Positions 40,725-53,600 of a stretch of 64,000 nt of DNA are shown here, piece by piece. The stretch's first letter is position 1, and every line of letters begins with the position of its first letter. This DNA is from Blasia pusilla (taxonomy: Eukaryota), in contig CM114271.1 of NCBI GenBank assembly GCA_050084515.1, forward strand, positions 26,536,001-26,600,000, in the 5' to 3' direction. Both the position numbers and the translations under genes were made by a program. Below the pieces are notes generated by a model. It saw only the letters and a program-made list of their open reading frames with translations, made no database searches and was not told the DNA's origin.

Positions 40725-42170
40725 CGGGCATTCCCTTAGGATAGCAACCAGAGGGTTGTCCGGTATGATGTACGAACACCTTCGTGATGCTTTCCCTCCG
40801 AGGACTCTGCTAGCGGCTTTTTCGAGTTGCTTCAGGTTGCCTCTCACCTGCCTCAGGGGAGAGTACCAACAGCAGTAGCCTAGGTATTCGGGGCGGGGTG
40901 ACTTTTAGCGTTGTCGAAGGAGGGTGGAGGGATCCGTCCGATCGCCATAGGTGAGGGTCTCTTGCAATTGGTGAGTCTCACTATCGCTTTGCAATTTTGT
41001 GAGGCTTTCCAGTCACATCTGAGTCCGCACTAGTTCGGAGTTGCCACGCCAACCGGTTGTGAGGCGGTAGCCTTAGGTTTTAGGGCTTGTTTGGATATAC
41101 ATCTTGAGTGGGTGGTTCTCCAAGTTGATGTGGAGAACGCCTTCAACTCAGTGTCTCGGGAAACTATCTTCACAGAGCTGAGAGACACATGAGGTCCTAT
41201 TGCGAGTCTGATTCCCTTCATGCAGGCTTTTTATGGGGACCCCTCGGCCCTCTATTTTCACCACGGTAGGTTCGAGGAGGAGGTCACGGTTTTGGAGTCT
41301 GCTATCAGGACTTGTCAGGGTGATCCCTTGAGACAAGAAGTACTAAAATATCTCCAATAAAGTAAGATCCTATCTCTCTCTACACCATCTCACACCATAG
41401 CTCTCAAAGGTGTGCACTCTCTCTCATGTCAAACCAAAACCACTCTCCTAATGAGAGGTTTTGGTTACACTCACAAGGTAAGGGACCATATCTCCGCCGC
41501 CTCATGCCAAGAGGTTTAACAAAGAGAGAATAAGCTCTCCAGCTCTCTCTACTTGAGGTATACCCCTCCCCTCTCCCAAGTTTTCTCCATGGTAACCTAT
41601 TCTCCCAAGTCACCTCCTTGGCTCTTGACCTGATGTAGGAGGTCAAGGGTCATTTACCAAAAATAGAAAGTCGATCATATACTCAAAATGGTACTTATCT
41701 AAAATAGTAGGTTGCTCAATATGGCTCCAAATGAGCCGAAACGAAGGGGAAACTTGCTCTCTCAGGTTTCTCGGGGCCTCAGCAGGTCATCCTCGACCTA
41801 TTGAGCAGGTCCTCCACTATTCACAAAGGCGCTCTACTAGATCTCACCGATCTATCCTAAAAGACGTGATAGTTGTCCTACACATCGCTACACAACATAT
41901 ATCACTGTCACCAAACACACACACAAACACGCACGATCCCATGGATCCAAACAAAGAGACAAGAAGTACTAAAATATCTCCAATCTCCCCCCTAGTTGGT
42001 GGTTAGGTCCCTCTAACTCCAGACAACCATCTATCCCTACCTACCATGACTTACATCTCTAGGACGCTAAGAGCAGAAAAGTCGGGTGCTCATGTGGCCC
42101 CATCGTTAGTCGCCTTCTTGTCATCCATGTCACAGAAAAAGTCAGAATCAAAACCTACCTAGTATCTCCT

Positions 42171-42315
42171 CTATGTATATCTGGGACACATCCATCGTCT
42201 TTGAGGAACCCTAGTGAGAGGTGGCATCACACATGCCATATGCCAACCTCTTGAACATCCATCACACACTAGCATCGTGGCCGAACCACGAGCATAACCA
42301 CACAACATACAACGC
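42171..42315 (-). pseudogene. PHD finger at the integrase C-terminus (too short for the ORF track)
   Basis: Manual translation: CMLCGYARGSATMLVCDGCSRGWHMACVMPPLTRVPQRRWMCPRYT*, a C4HC3 pattern with the last Cys now Tyr. Confidence 0.9.
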
Positions 42316-42374
42316 AAGCCTGCAGGAACTACTTCTGAGGTCGGATCTACTGTACCATCAATGTTAGGAAGGTG

Positions 42375-45200
42375 TCATGACGCACGATTACGCACATGAT
42401 CCTTCCAGACCATACCATCGCGTCCCTCTAGCAAGAGAACACCGGATGGTAAAATGTCACGCACTCTCAGGATAGTGCGCCCTCCAGTCACATCCAACGT
42501 CTTCGGTGCCGTCTGCTGCAAGTAGACATAATCTCCTTGTTGGTCGATAACCACCACCCCGAATAGTCGCATACCTCAACGTATCCCGATGTTGCGCAAT
42601 CTCCAAATTCTTGAACGCCATGGGCATCACTCTCCGAAACAACTCAACCCTCTGAGAACATGCTCGCATCCATACATCTGGGTCATCAAGTTCTAGCACC
42701 TCACCACATCTCAACAAATGGCCGCAGGTAATTCTGGCTCTCGGCCATAAAGTAGCAAGTACGGTGAAAAAGACGCTAAGGATGCATGCCTGCTGAATAT
42801 GTATCCCATCGCCAACCATAGCAACTAGAGGTTCCAATCTCCTAGGTGACCTCTCTGTAATCCATACTTGCATAAACCCCTCTTCACCGTCTACACAAGT
42901 CTCTCCGCTCATCCATCCGCCTTGGGATGATCTCGCGAAGTCGTGCGGTGGTCGATCAACGCCTGATCACACAAGGCCTCGAACTCACCGTGAAACTCGG
43001 TACCCTGGTCTGTCAACACCTCAGCCGGTGTGCCATAATGACTCAACACTCTGTCAAGGAAGGCATAAGCTACTCCCTCACTCGCTTTGTCAGGCAATGC
43101 AACCAACTCGATCCACTTCGAGAAGTACTCGACCATCACCAACACATAACGACTGTGACACTCCGTCAAAGGCAAAGGTCCTGCAAAATCCAAACTCCAT
43201 CTATACCCTAAGCCCATGATCGGTAATGGATGCAACTGTGGAGTCGGAGCATTGAATGATGCTCGGACCTGATCATACACCATGCACCTGGCAACAAACT
43301 TCTGAACGTCAGTCTACATGACTCGCCACCAATACTGAATCTGGAGCAAGCTATATGTCCGCTTCACCCCAAAGTGACCCAACTCCTCGTGGGCATGCTG
43401 CACTAGTCGTGCTTTCTGCAAAGGATGCAGCACTACGCGTACTCTACCATCCTCCCAAACCCTCGAAACATGTGTCCCCTCCCAACAAAATTGTCTGGCC
43501 AGCTCTGGGATCCGATCCCGCTCTCTAGCACCCATAGTGCTCGCAACGCTACTAGTACAAAGATCCTCCAAGACTACTCCATCATCATGAATATCTCAGC
43601 CATGTGTGGTCTCCTCACTAGCCTCAGGATCCAAGGACTCTCCACTAGACCTCGGCATCAAAGTCTCTATACTCTTGCTCTCCATAGCCAACATGCCTAA
43701 ATTGGCTGACGCGTGCCCTCTTGGCACTGACTCCTCATCACTCTCTCCGTGCCATCCAGCTCCAGTCGCATCTCGCTGACTTGGGCATAGGTTATGACTC
43801 AACGCATTTGCATCCTAGTTGAGCGTCCCCGGTTTATGTACCACCTGAAAATCATACTCCTACAACAACAGAGCCCATCTTGCAAGCTTCCCAATAAGCT
43901 TGTCGAACTCCATCAACCACTTCAGTGGTTGATGATCAGTGATGATGGTAAAGGGGTTGCCAAATAAGTAACACCTGAAATGCGCGACAGCCCACACTGT
44001 AGTCAAGCACTCATCCTCATACGAGCTGTACTTCGCCTCTTCAACGTTGTTCGAGCGGCTAGCGTAAGCCACCACAAACTCTCTACCCTCATCATCATAC
44101 TGGGTGAGCACCGCTCCAAGCCCCAACATGCTCTAATCTATGTGCAACTGGAAAGGACGCCCCCTAATCGGTCTCCTCAAGATGGGCGCAGACGTCAACC
44201 TATCCTTGAGCAATTGAAATGCTCGCTCTTGCTCATCCCCCCACTGCCACTCGTGATCCACCTTGGTTAGCAAGGTCAGCGGCTTTGCAATCAAACTAAA
44301 TCCCTTGACGTACCGCCGATAGAAGTTCTCCAATCCCATGAATGTGCAAACACGGCTCACATCTGTAGGACGTGGAATGCATGAGATAGCCTCTACCTTC
44401 GTCTGCTAAACACCAAGGCCCCCTGGGTATATTATATGACCAAAGTACTCAATCTTGTCGTAGAAGAACTTGCACTTGCTTGGATGTAGCTTGAGCCCAT
44501 GTAATTGCAATTGTCGAAACACCTCCTCTAGATGTCGCTCATGCTCCTCAACCGTGGCGCTAAAGACTGCGATATCATCAATATATTACCTAGAAAAATC
44601 CAGACTAGCCAAGATTCTATCCATGACCCTCTGAAACTCAGCAGGGGCGTTCTTTAACCCAAATGGTAAGAATCGCCATTGATACAAACAATCCTCTCCG
44701 TGAGGATCGATGCCCCAAAATGCCGTTTTCTGCCTGTCCTCCAATCTGATAGGCAGCTAATGGTATCTGGCTCGCAAATCCAATGAATTGAAGACCTTTG
44801 CGTGACCAATCGCATCAAAGATCTCCTCAGGGGTGGGCATGGCATACCTATCCGACTTTGTCAACCGATTGATAGGTCGGTAATCCCCACACATCCGCCT
44901 ATGTGTCCAGTCACCATGTACATCCTTCTTGGCGGGCATGACAGTGGCAAATGCATACTCCCCATGCGACATCTCCATTAGTCTTGCTCCAACCAAGTCA
45001 TGGCTCCTACTTTGAATCAAAGCCCTCTCCATATCACTATACCTGTAGGATCGTCGGAAGATCGGCGTATCACTCGATAACTCAATGCGGATCCCTGGTC
45101 CCTTCAGCGTACCCAAATTCTCCATGCTAAACGCAAAGCAGCTCCTATAACTCTTGAGGAACTGATGTATTCTCCCGTCCTGTCAACTTAGGGCCTATAT
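42375..45200 (-). pseudogene. RT-RNaseH-integrase of the DNMT-Gypsy
   Basis: ORF fragments with the Ty3/Gypsy order RT>RH>INT, broken by stops. Confidence 0.92.
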
Positions 45201-45559
45201 CTGGCTCCCAAGTCTCCATCGTGAGTACGATAGGACTCTCCGGCGCGGATATCGGTGGTTGCTATGGTGCAACCCCATCTTGAACAACGATACTCGACCG
45301 CTCTCCTAAAGCCAAGTGCAAACTCTGATCTCCTCCACATGCAGTGCCCAGAACCACGCTCGATGTTGTGGCTATCATCTCCTGGCGTACCTGCAAAACA
45401 TCCCAAGAAGTCCAAAGGTGTCTCTCCCGATCTCCCTTGGTGTGTCGATCTCCTCGGGTCTTGCCCCTAGATACTGCCCCCACCGTCTCGGTAGGCATGG
45501 GGCTCACCAACGCAACCGTTGCGATCTATCGCGATCTCATCCGATGCTGCTCAGCCACT

Positions 45560-46495
45560 CCCAAGCTGAAGATCCATGTCAAGCGGTTCAGGTCCATCGC
45601 TTGACCCAAGATATGGCGTCGTGATGCCTCTGATACTGACGGAACTGCCGTCACTCTTGTGGGAAATCCCATCGCCCGCTCTCTCTTGTCGGCATTGGGC
45701 TCCACCAACCTCTGAACCTGGTCATCCCAAACCAAGCCAGGACCGGCCTCCTTGTATGCATAGGAAGCGGGAAAACTCACAAACATGGGAAAGGCTGCCC
45801 GTGGCCTGCCTACCCTGTTGACCACAGTCAACAGTGGTCGATCATCGTGCCTCATTGCCTATGAGCGACGATCTGGATCCAGAATGGAATCCACTATTAA
45901 ATGGGAGGGGCGCTCCACTCTCACATACGCCCTCCGTAACACCGCATGGGGCACCAAGTTGGTCCATCATTGACGCGGGCGATGGGCTCTAGAACCTACA
46001 CTCGCCGCATCCAAGAACAATGTTGGGCCGATCCATGCAAGCACTTGATGAGCACTCATCACCACCCGTGACCGGGAGTCTCCTAAGATCGACACATTCT
46101 CCAAAATGTAGGTTGGAGAATGAGACTGGTGATCCTGCAAGTGCCGTAAGACCCTCAAAATCTCCCAAAACAACCTATACCGAGTGTCAGCCAACCCGCT
46201 GCCTCGTCCTGCACTCGATTGGCCTTGACATGGCCAACCGGCAATGACCAAATCAATGATGCCTAACTGCTCTAAGTCCTGTGCCCCCAACAATGAAATA
46301 TTCTCGGTAGGGAACTCTGGTACCCCTATACTGCGGACGCACACAATAAGTCGGGAAAATGTAGGCGTAACTACGCCACATATCGTAGGGAGATGCGCCT
46401 CGCAACATCATCACTCTCCACATACAGGTACTGCTGCACTCACACTCTTGCCTACAAAACAACAGCTAATCGCTCCAAAAGATCTAACACTCAAA
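45560..46495 (-). pseudogene. Cytosine-5 DNA methyltransferase domain within pol
   Basis: Motif I VLDLF(G)AIS (frameshifted), II YLYVESD, IV DLVIAGWPCQG, VI YILENV, VIII AHRPR, IX/X ERAMGFP...RRHILGQAM, in canonical order. Confidence 0.93.
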
Positions 46496-46719
46496 TACCC
46501 TCCTCCGGAATACACCACACAATGGATGTGGTATCCAAGGCTGTCATTGTAGCACTCCCTGCTACCTCGGGTTCCTCAGACCCATCACGCTACGGTGCAA
46601 ACGCCTCGCTCCACTCGGTCTACACGTGCTCATCTGCCAATCGTCCAAACTCCTCAATCGAGCCCCACAACGCCACCTCTCCTCCACATAATCATGCGGC
46701 TACCATAACACTCCTCTCC

Positions 46720-47951
46720 TGTGATACCCATAATTTTGTACTTTTGAAGAAACATATATTTTTATTCAAAGAAGACTTTTATATACATTATGATTTTGAT
46801 TATTATATATTATTATGGGAAGGAATGAATAAGATTAAAGTGAATCACAAAGCTCCAAGGACAAGGTAGAGAGATAGAAAATCAAGGATTTGCCTAAGAG
46901 GAGAGGAGACTAAAATAACGAAGTCTCAAAACCCAGCAAGAAGCTTCAGAAGCTCAACGAAGCTCTGTCTATGAAGTGCTTTGCTCTATAACCAAGCATA
47001 ACGAAGCACGAAGAACAAAGCACCTGGAACAAGAACCAAGAATGGAGTGCTTCGTCTTCAGATCAGGAGAAAGAGCTTCGTACTTAAGCGAAGCAAAAGA
47101 GGTCCAGAATTAGCAGCAAAGCGAAGCTAAGACTGACAGTGATTTCAAGCGAGACATAGTTAGAATAGTTAGAATAAGAAGAGACGCAACCCTTTGTATA
47201 AAATTGGTAGTTATGACAATTTTGTTCTACGGATTCATAGGGATCATAGGAAAGAAAAGAGCACCATAGATCCAAGTAGTTAGAAAAGTTGAAGAGCCAC
47301 CAGCTTCATCAAAACCGCTTCGAATCTTTGGATCACTCCTCCTTGAGAGAGTATTTAAGAAGCAATGAAAGTAGCTATCATCATCATTCTCTTATAAAGT
47401 CCTTATGCTGTAAGAATGGTCCGAGTAAGGGAGTAGTACCCTCTCGAGCTTGCATACACTTTGAAGCTTTTTCATTCTTGATGGAGTAGTAAAGCAATAA
47501 TTCCTTCATTCTGATGTGCGATGCTTATGTCTGAGTATTCTTATTGGGTCTGCAGAGTCAGGAGTGAATCAGGCGAACATTTCTCATCAATGAAATAATC
47601 AACATAGAGTTGTAGGAAATCTGTTTGACACAGAGTAGCCTGCCGAGACGGATTGAGTTCCGAAAGTAGGAGAAGCCAACTTTCATGTTGAGGTCTCTGT
47701 GAGGTTTCTTGAGATCGAGAGGAAATCTACCTGAGCGTGTTGTGAACCCCACTAGAGAGAATTGAGGAAAGAAACTTTGGTACTAAGAAAGATCCAAAGA
47801 TATTGATAAGACATTGAATATAAATCATACACATTTAAATACAACTATTACAATAGAATTGTAATTTTGAACTCTCTTTTCATCAAACGATGATCCTCTT
47901 GGGGATCGAACTTATTAAACAACTGTAAAATAGAAACTCTTGTACATTACA
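46720..47951. mobile_element. Solo LTR of an unrelated family nested between PR and DNMT
   Basis: tgtgataccc...cattaca with TSD tctcc/tttcc (one mismatch). Removing it restores the host frame (DISMERSVMVAA). Confidence 0.85.
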
Positions 47952-48093
47952 TTTCCATAGAAATGTCAAGAACGGGAGTATCCTCTGCATGGACATGTCC
48001 CTCAATCAAATCACTAGGCCAGGTGATGACACTACTAAATGCTGCTAAGGTCGCCACCTCTCCTGGTCGTTGCTCAATCACTGCACCTGTGAA

Positions 48094-50660
48094 TCAAACG
48101 GGTAATGAGCTAAGGCGCCCATCACCAGACTGCCATCCTGGTCTGTAGGACGCTGACTCCTCCCAATAATCTAGGTATAACACTGCTCCACCAACCAAGA
48201 CGTCATAGGACTCTACATCAATCACTATCGCCTTGGCTTGCACCACGGACTCATCTGTAGGATGTCCCGGGCAAATCCTCACCATGACCTCCTGTCGGGT
48301 GATATACTGTGTGGTACTCGCTCCACCTAAGGATGTATGTATCCGGAATGGAAAACGCTCCACATCAGCTCTCATCAAGCCCAATCCTCTGAATGACGCT
48401 TTTCCCAACATCAAGGGTTGTGCTCCTGAATCCAACAAGACGTGATGCGGACTAAAAGCTCTACCTCCGGGACTCACCAACTGGAAGACCGCTCCTTGAT
48501 TATCCAGCAACACAACACCAAGAGAAGCCATGGCACACTCTATCGCGGGTCTAGCAGGCATCTCCGCCATCCTAGCAACCGCAGCCTGCCATGAATCTGA
48601 CGTGGACGGCCCGAGCACCTGCTCCAAGGGCAAGTCCATCATCTCCTCTGCAATCACCTCTGAACGTGATGCAAGAACTCTAAATCCGCATTCACATAAT
48701 GAAGCGGCCAGCCAAAAAGCCTCGGCGGACGTACCCCCCAACGTCATAACATCAGAAGCAAAAAAAAAAGAGTGCGGTACATAATGGTGGCGGCTCCCAA
48801 CAACGTGCTTGACACATGCCCCTCGTAAGCATCAACAATAGGAGTCGTCGTACTCGCTTCTCCCATCGCCCTCCGTGGCTGCACACCAACAACATCACCA
48901 ACTCTTTAGGAACTCTGATCAGGACCCATCGAAGGGGTCCTCATCGCCTCGGACAACGTGAAAGACTGAGGAAGCCTAGTATGTTTCCTGGATTCCCCTC
49001 GTTGTGGATCCAACTCTACGGCTGCTCCACGCATCACAATTGCGGCTGTCTCCATCTGGGCAACCCCGCACATCCAACCAAGATCCTCTTAATCTCTGGC
49101 TGCTCCATATGATGTCGATGCCATCGGTCCGGCATCGGGTAACCTCAATGCCATAACGGCAATCTGCTCTTGTAGCTGCTATATCTGAGCAGCCATCCCA
49201 ACCTCACGTTCGACGTTTCCCTCGGTGACGTCGAGGTGGTGGTACTCTACCTCCTCCACAGCAGCTCCACCACCGTGTCGGGCAACTCCAGCTCCTCGTC
49301 CCCCAATGGGACCACCTGGTGCACCATCTCTAGGCCCACCCCGACCGGCTACTCACTCTGGTACCCTCTCTGGCCCTCGGTCCGGACGTAACTCAAGATA
49401 TTAACTGAAACACTTGGCATGTCTTTGACCATACCTTTGACAATAGTCACACTGATAACCTCTTGGTGCAGCACCACCTCCTCCTCCATGCTGAGGCACA
49501 CCTCCATGACCCTCACGAGTGCAATTGCGCTGATGATGGGCTCCACCACATGACCAACAAGTAATAGTAGGCGGCTGATGCTGAGCCACATATGAAGGCG
49601 CAGGTCTCTGTCACACGGCCCCCCGGTATCCTCCCTGAGCTCGTGGTGCCACAACCGACCTATCTCGGAGTCCACGTTGCTGCACAAGTACTACAAGAAA
49701 TCGTGACAGCTCTCGCCCAGAACCCATGGTGGCTACGCTCTCCTCCTCCATGTTGCGCTCAATGTTCTCAACGGTCCTAAAAACATCTCTCAACGTAGGG
49801 GAGGTGTTCATAAGAAGCACCCCCTCCCGCACCCGTGTCCGCACGGGCCGGTCGAGCATCGCATACCATGATTGGATAGCGTGAGCCTCTATCACCCCTG
49901 AGTGACGTTGATCAACCGGCGCAAGCGAATGTAAGCCTCAAGAAAACTCTCACCCGGGCGCCCGAAGTCGTGGATGCTCCGCAACTTCTCCGTCTGTATC
50001 CCCTGGTAGCTTGCCCTCAACTCAGCAAAGAACTCAACCACAGGGTTAAACCTAAGACGAATCCGACTAGACGGTACAACTGCTCCCGTGCGAGTGACCC
50101 CTCCTAAAACGTCACTAGTGGAAGAGGAAGTAGCCTCTCCTGCCTCCTCCTCCTCATGTGGGAACGGCTCCATCCATGACACATAATGTGGGTCATAGTA
50201 GAGCCTCCACGCCTCGATCTCACATGCATATCTTTGAGAGAAATCATGGTAATCGTCCATGGGCGCCCCCTCTAAATGATGGAACATACCGTTCCATCCT
50301 GTAAACAAGTTGAACTCTCTAGAGTTCTTAGCCCGCTGGGAGTCGCACCAACTCCTAAACTCTACTATGAAATCGTGTAACTCAATCGTGCCTACTGCAC
50401 TTGAAAACCTACGCGATCCTCTACCCTGATCGTCCATCTCATACGCCCAACTGGTAGGACCACTCACAATGTGTGGCGATGTGCTCACAAACTCCTCTAC
50501 ACGCTCCATCTTGCTTGAAGATGACACAGAAGGAGATCGAGGTGGTCTCTCACGTGGAGACCCTCGAAACCTCGCACCACTCCGGGTAAACCCTCCGGAG
50601 CTACTCTTAGGTCCACTACCTCACCTCTCAAAATCCTGAAAGAACGCCTTGATGGCCCTC
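48094..50660 (-). pseudogene. gag and aspartic protease of the DNMT-Gypsy
   Basis: CCHC knuckle CWSCGGAHHQRNC and DSG protease motif. Confidence 0.85.
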
Positions 50661-53600
50661 GTGCCCCTCTCACATGATCACTCTCAACCTCATGAGTAAT
50701 CCCTTAATCACTCATCCCAAACATGCAGCACTCGATCTACTCTCTCCCTCCCCGAGACGTATAACGTGCGGCAACAAGTGGCGTGGTGCGGCAAATCGAC
50801 CATGCTATCATCTCATCGATAACCTACCCTCAACTCCGGACATCCCACACAAGTCTATGTCCCCTAAACCATATACATAAATGATGTTCTCAGCATCCAC
50901 ACAACCCAATATCCCCAAATCAACTACCCAAATCCCATAATCCCTCACGCGTGCAGGGTAAAGGACCATAATGGGTAACGTGAACACATTTCGATGTCGC
51001 TCCTCAGAAACTGCAAATCTCAACCCCAACTCGGTCGTGGAGACAACTCCTCCAATCAGCAAGTCATACTCCTCCCATACTGACGCTGCTCAAAACTCCT
51101 AGATAGACAGTGCGATTCCAACGGAACGGTGCGGCGTTGCAGGCGCCACGGAACGGCTACGAACGGCACGGCCCTCGATGGTGGGATGCGGCACTCGGCG
51201 GCATACCCTCCTCAATCAACAATAAACCCACACTCTGCTCCACAATGACGGTGCGGCTCCGCGATCGAGACACTACGATGCGGCCATGAGCGGCATGGCA
51301 CGGCAATCGCCGGCGCGTTGCGGCTATAGGCGTCATGGCATGGTACTTGATCGTCATCAAGCGGCTACCAATCACAACATAGCATCATGAAATCAAAACT
51401 CAAACACCATAACCGGAGGTCATCTGCCATCACTGGTTGACAACGAAACTTCGATGACGGTGGCGGCCAAAACAAAGTACGTGGTGGCGATGCAAGTCAG
51501 AGAATCAACGTACTTCATGGAAGTCCCTCCACTCCGTTATGGTGGCAATGGCAACCAAAGGATGAACAACTTCCGAATGCGGCTCTGAGCAACGTTGGGC
51601 AACAACAACGGCCGACGATGGCCGGTGGACGGTGGATCGTTTGTGGTGATGATTGACCGTTGACGATGACAATGGACCGTTGATGGTGACGGTTGACCAT
51701 TGACCATTGACCGGTGACTATGACGGTGACGGGGACGGCCGCCACCGGCATGGCGGCTGGTTTAGGGTTTGAACAATTTAACCCTAAAAATCGACTAGCA
51801 ATATCAGTTTTGCAAGATTGACCATAACTTCTTACTTGCAACTCCAAATTGTGTGCCGTTTCATGTACAACATGCATAGCTTCACGGTCTACGATGGCGT
51901 CAAAAAATATTTGGAATTGGATATTCCAAAAAAAACTGACAAGGATTGTTGTAAAGCCCAATGTCTCTTTCTCCTACACAAAATTTGGCAGCGCTTCCCC
52001 GCTGATTTCTCCCAACCAAAATGTAAAACCTGTAAAAATAAAAATCAACAAGCTACATGGTGCTCCCAAGAGTACCGGCATGGGGCAAACTGCCCCCATA
52101 ATCAATCCCTATCATAAATTGGGCAGCGCTTCCGCACGCCACTCTTCCACACGAAAAATCGGCAAATGCAAAGAACAATCAAAGCAACCCTTGCTCCGGC
52201 AAGCACTCCCATGAGCCGCTGAATGGGAAACACAGTCCCCAACCTGAAAAAACAGCGAGCTCCCCCATGAAGCTCTCTCATTCTCTCATTCTCTCTTTGT
52301 AAAGTAAGATCCAATCTTTCTCTACACCATCTCACACCATAGCTCTCAAAGATGTGCATTCTCTCTCATGTCAAACCAAACCCACTCTCCTAATGAGAGG
52401 TTTGGGTTACACTCACAAGGCAAGGGACCATAGCTCCGCCGCATAATGCAAAGAGGTTCAACAAAGAGAGAAGAATGAGCTCTCAAGCTCTTTCTCCTTG
52501 AGGTATATCCCTCCCCCCTCCCAAGCTCTCTCCATAGTAATCTATTCTCCCAAGTCACCTCCTTGGCTCTTAACCTGATATAGGAGGTCAAGGGCCACTT
52601 ACCAAAAATAGAAAGTCGATCATATACTCAAAATGGTACTTACCTAAAATAGTAGGTTGCTCAATATGGCTCCAAATGAGCCGAAACGAAGGGGAAACTT
52701 GCTCTCTCAGGTTTTCCGCGGCCTCAACAGGTCATCCTCAACCTACTCAGCGTGTCCTCCACTATTCACAAAGGCGCTCTACTAGATCTCACCGATCTAT
52801 CCTAAAAGACGTAACACGGCGGCTCTTACTGAGGATCTTCTCCACGTCGACGATCTCACAAGGATTGGTGACCCTCAAGTAGCTTATAGCATCCTCTCGT
52901 CATGTTTTGCTCGTAAATCTGGTGATCTGTGTAGAGCCGTGTGGGCGTCTAGCCACATTTCTTCCTTGTATAGATCCTTTGATAGAAAGATCAGGCAAGC
53001 GTTTGGGGATCTTCTAGGACCCGGCTCCTTAGAGTGCCCCACGTAGGAGTTAGCTCGTAGACAAGCTTCTTGGCCGATTGCCTTTGGTGGAGTAGGTCTT
53101 ATAGCGACTGAGTTAGTGGTGTCTTCGGCTTTTTTAGGGAGTTGGGCCACCGTAGCACCCCTCCTTTGCTCCCGATTTTTGGTTAGGGATAGACCGCTAC
53201 TTTTACAATATGTTTCCCAGGTTGAGGATGTCTTTTCCCACTTTAGTTTTCACTCATAGCTTGTAGAGACTCCCTCCTTGTTGAGGCTAGAGCAATTCTT
53301 CCCACTTTCTCTTCCCTAATTACCTCCGAACAGTCTGGGCTCCAATCTTCTTTGATGGAAGCCCACTTTGATGCATTATTCACATCTACTATGTTCGGGC
53401 ATGTATTCGCTCTTGCTCCGGAAAGAGGGCAGGCTCATGGGTGGGGGCTCGTCCCCTCATCCCCGCTTTCCGCATCGCACCACTTACCTACACTACAGCG
53501 ATGCGGTTCCGACTGGGCCTGCCCCAACCATCGGTGGTTGGTTCGACAGATTACAAGTGTCATCGAGGTCTAGATCCACTTGGACACTGTGCATTTGGCA

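Larger units (their letters stand above)
41331..52816 (-). mobile_element. Ty3/Gypsy retrotransposon carrying a C5 DNA methyltransferase and a PHD finger (decayed)
   Basis: Minus-strand order: gag (CWSCGGAHHQRNC), protease (VLLDSGAQ), DNMT, RT (DYRPIN, LDLRARYH, YIDD), RNase H (TDHQPL), integrase (HEELGH zinc finger, WSLDFAGP, TDQGTEF), PHD. Terminal repeat B at 41358-41871 and 52300-52816. Confidence 0.92.

Noticed and set aside
45560-46495. Bacterial restriction-modification gene, contamination or host DNMT gene
   Set aside because: The domain is intronless, sits between retroelement protease and RT on the same strand, and has no neighbouring nuclease or host-type regulatory domains.
41331-52816. 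DIRS/PAT tyrosine-recombinase element, suggested by the split repeats and a methyltransferase
   Set aside because: The integrase is rve/DDE type, no YR motifs were seen, and the MTase is C5 type (PCQ, ENV), not the Dam-like DIRS domain.
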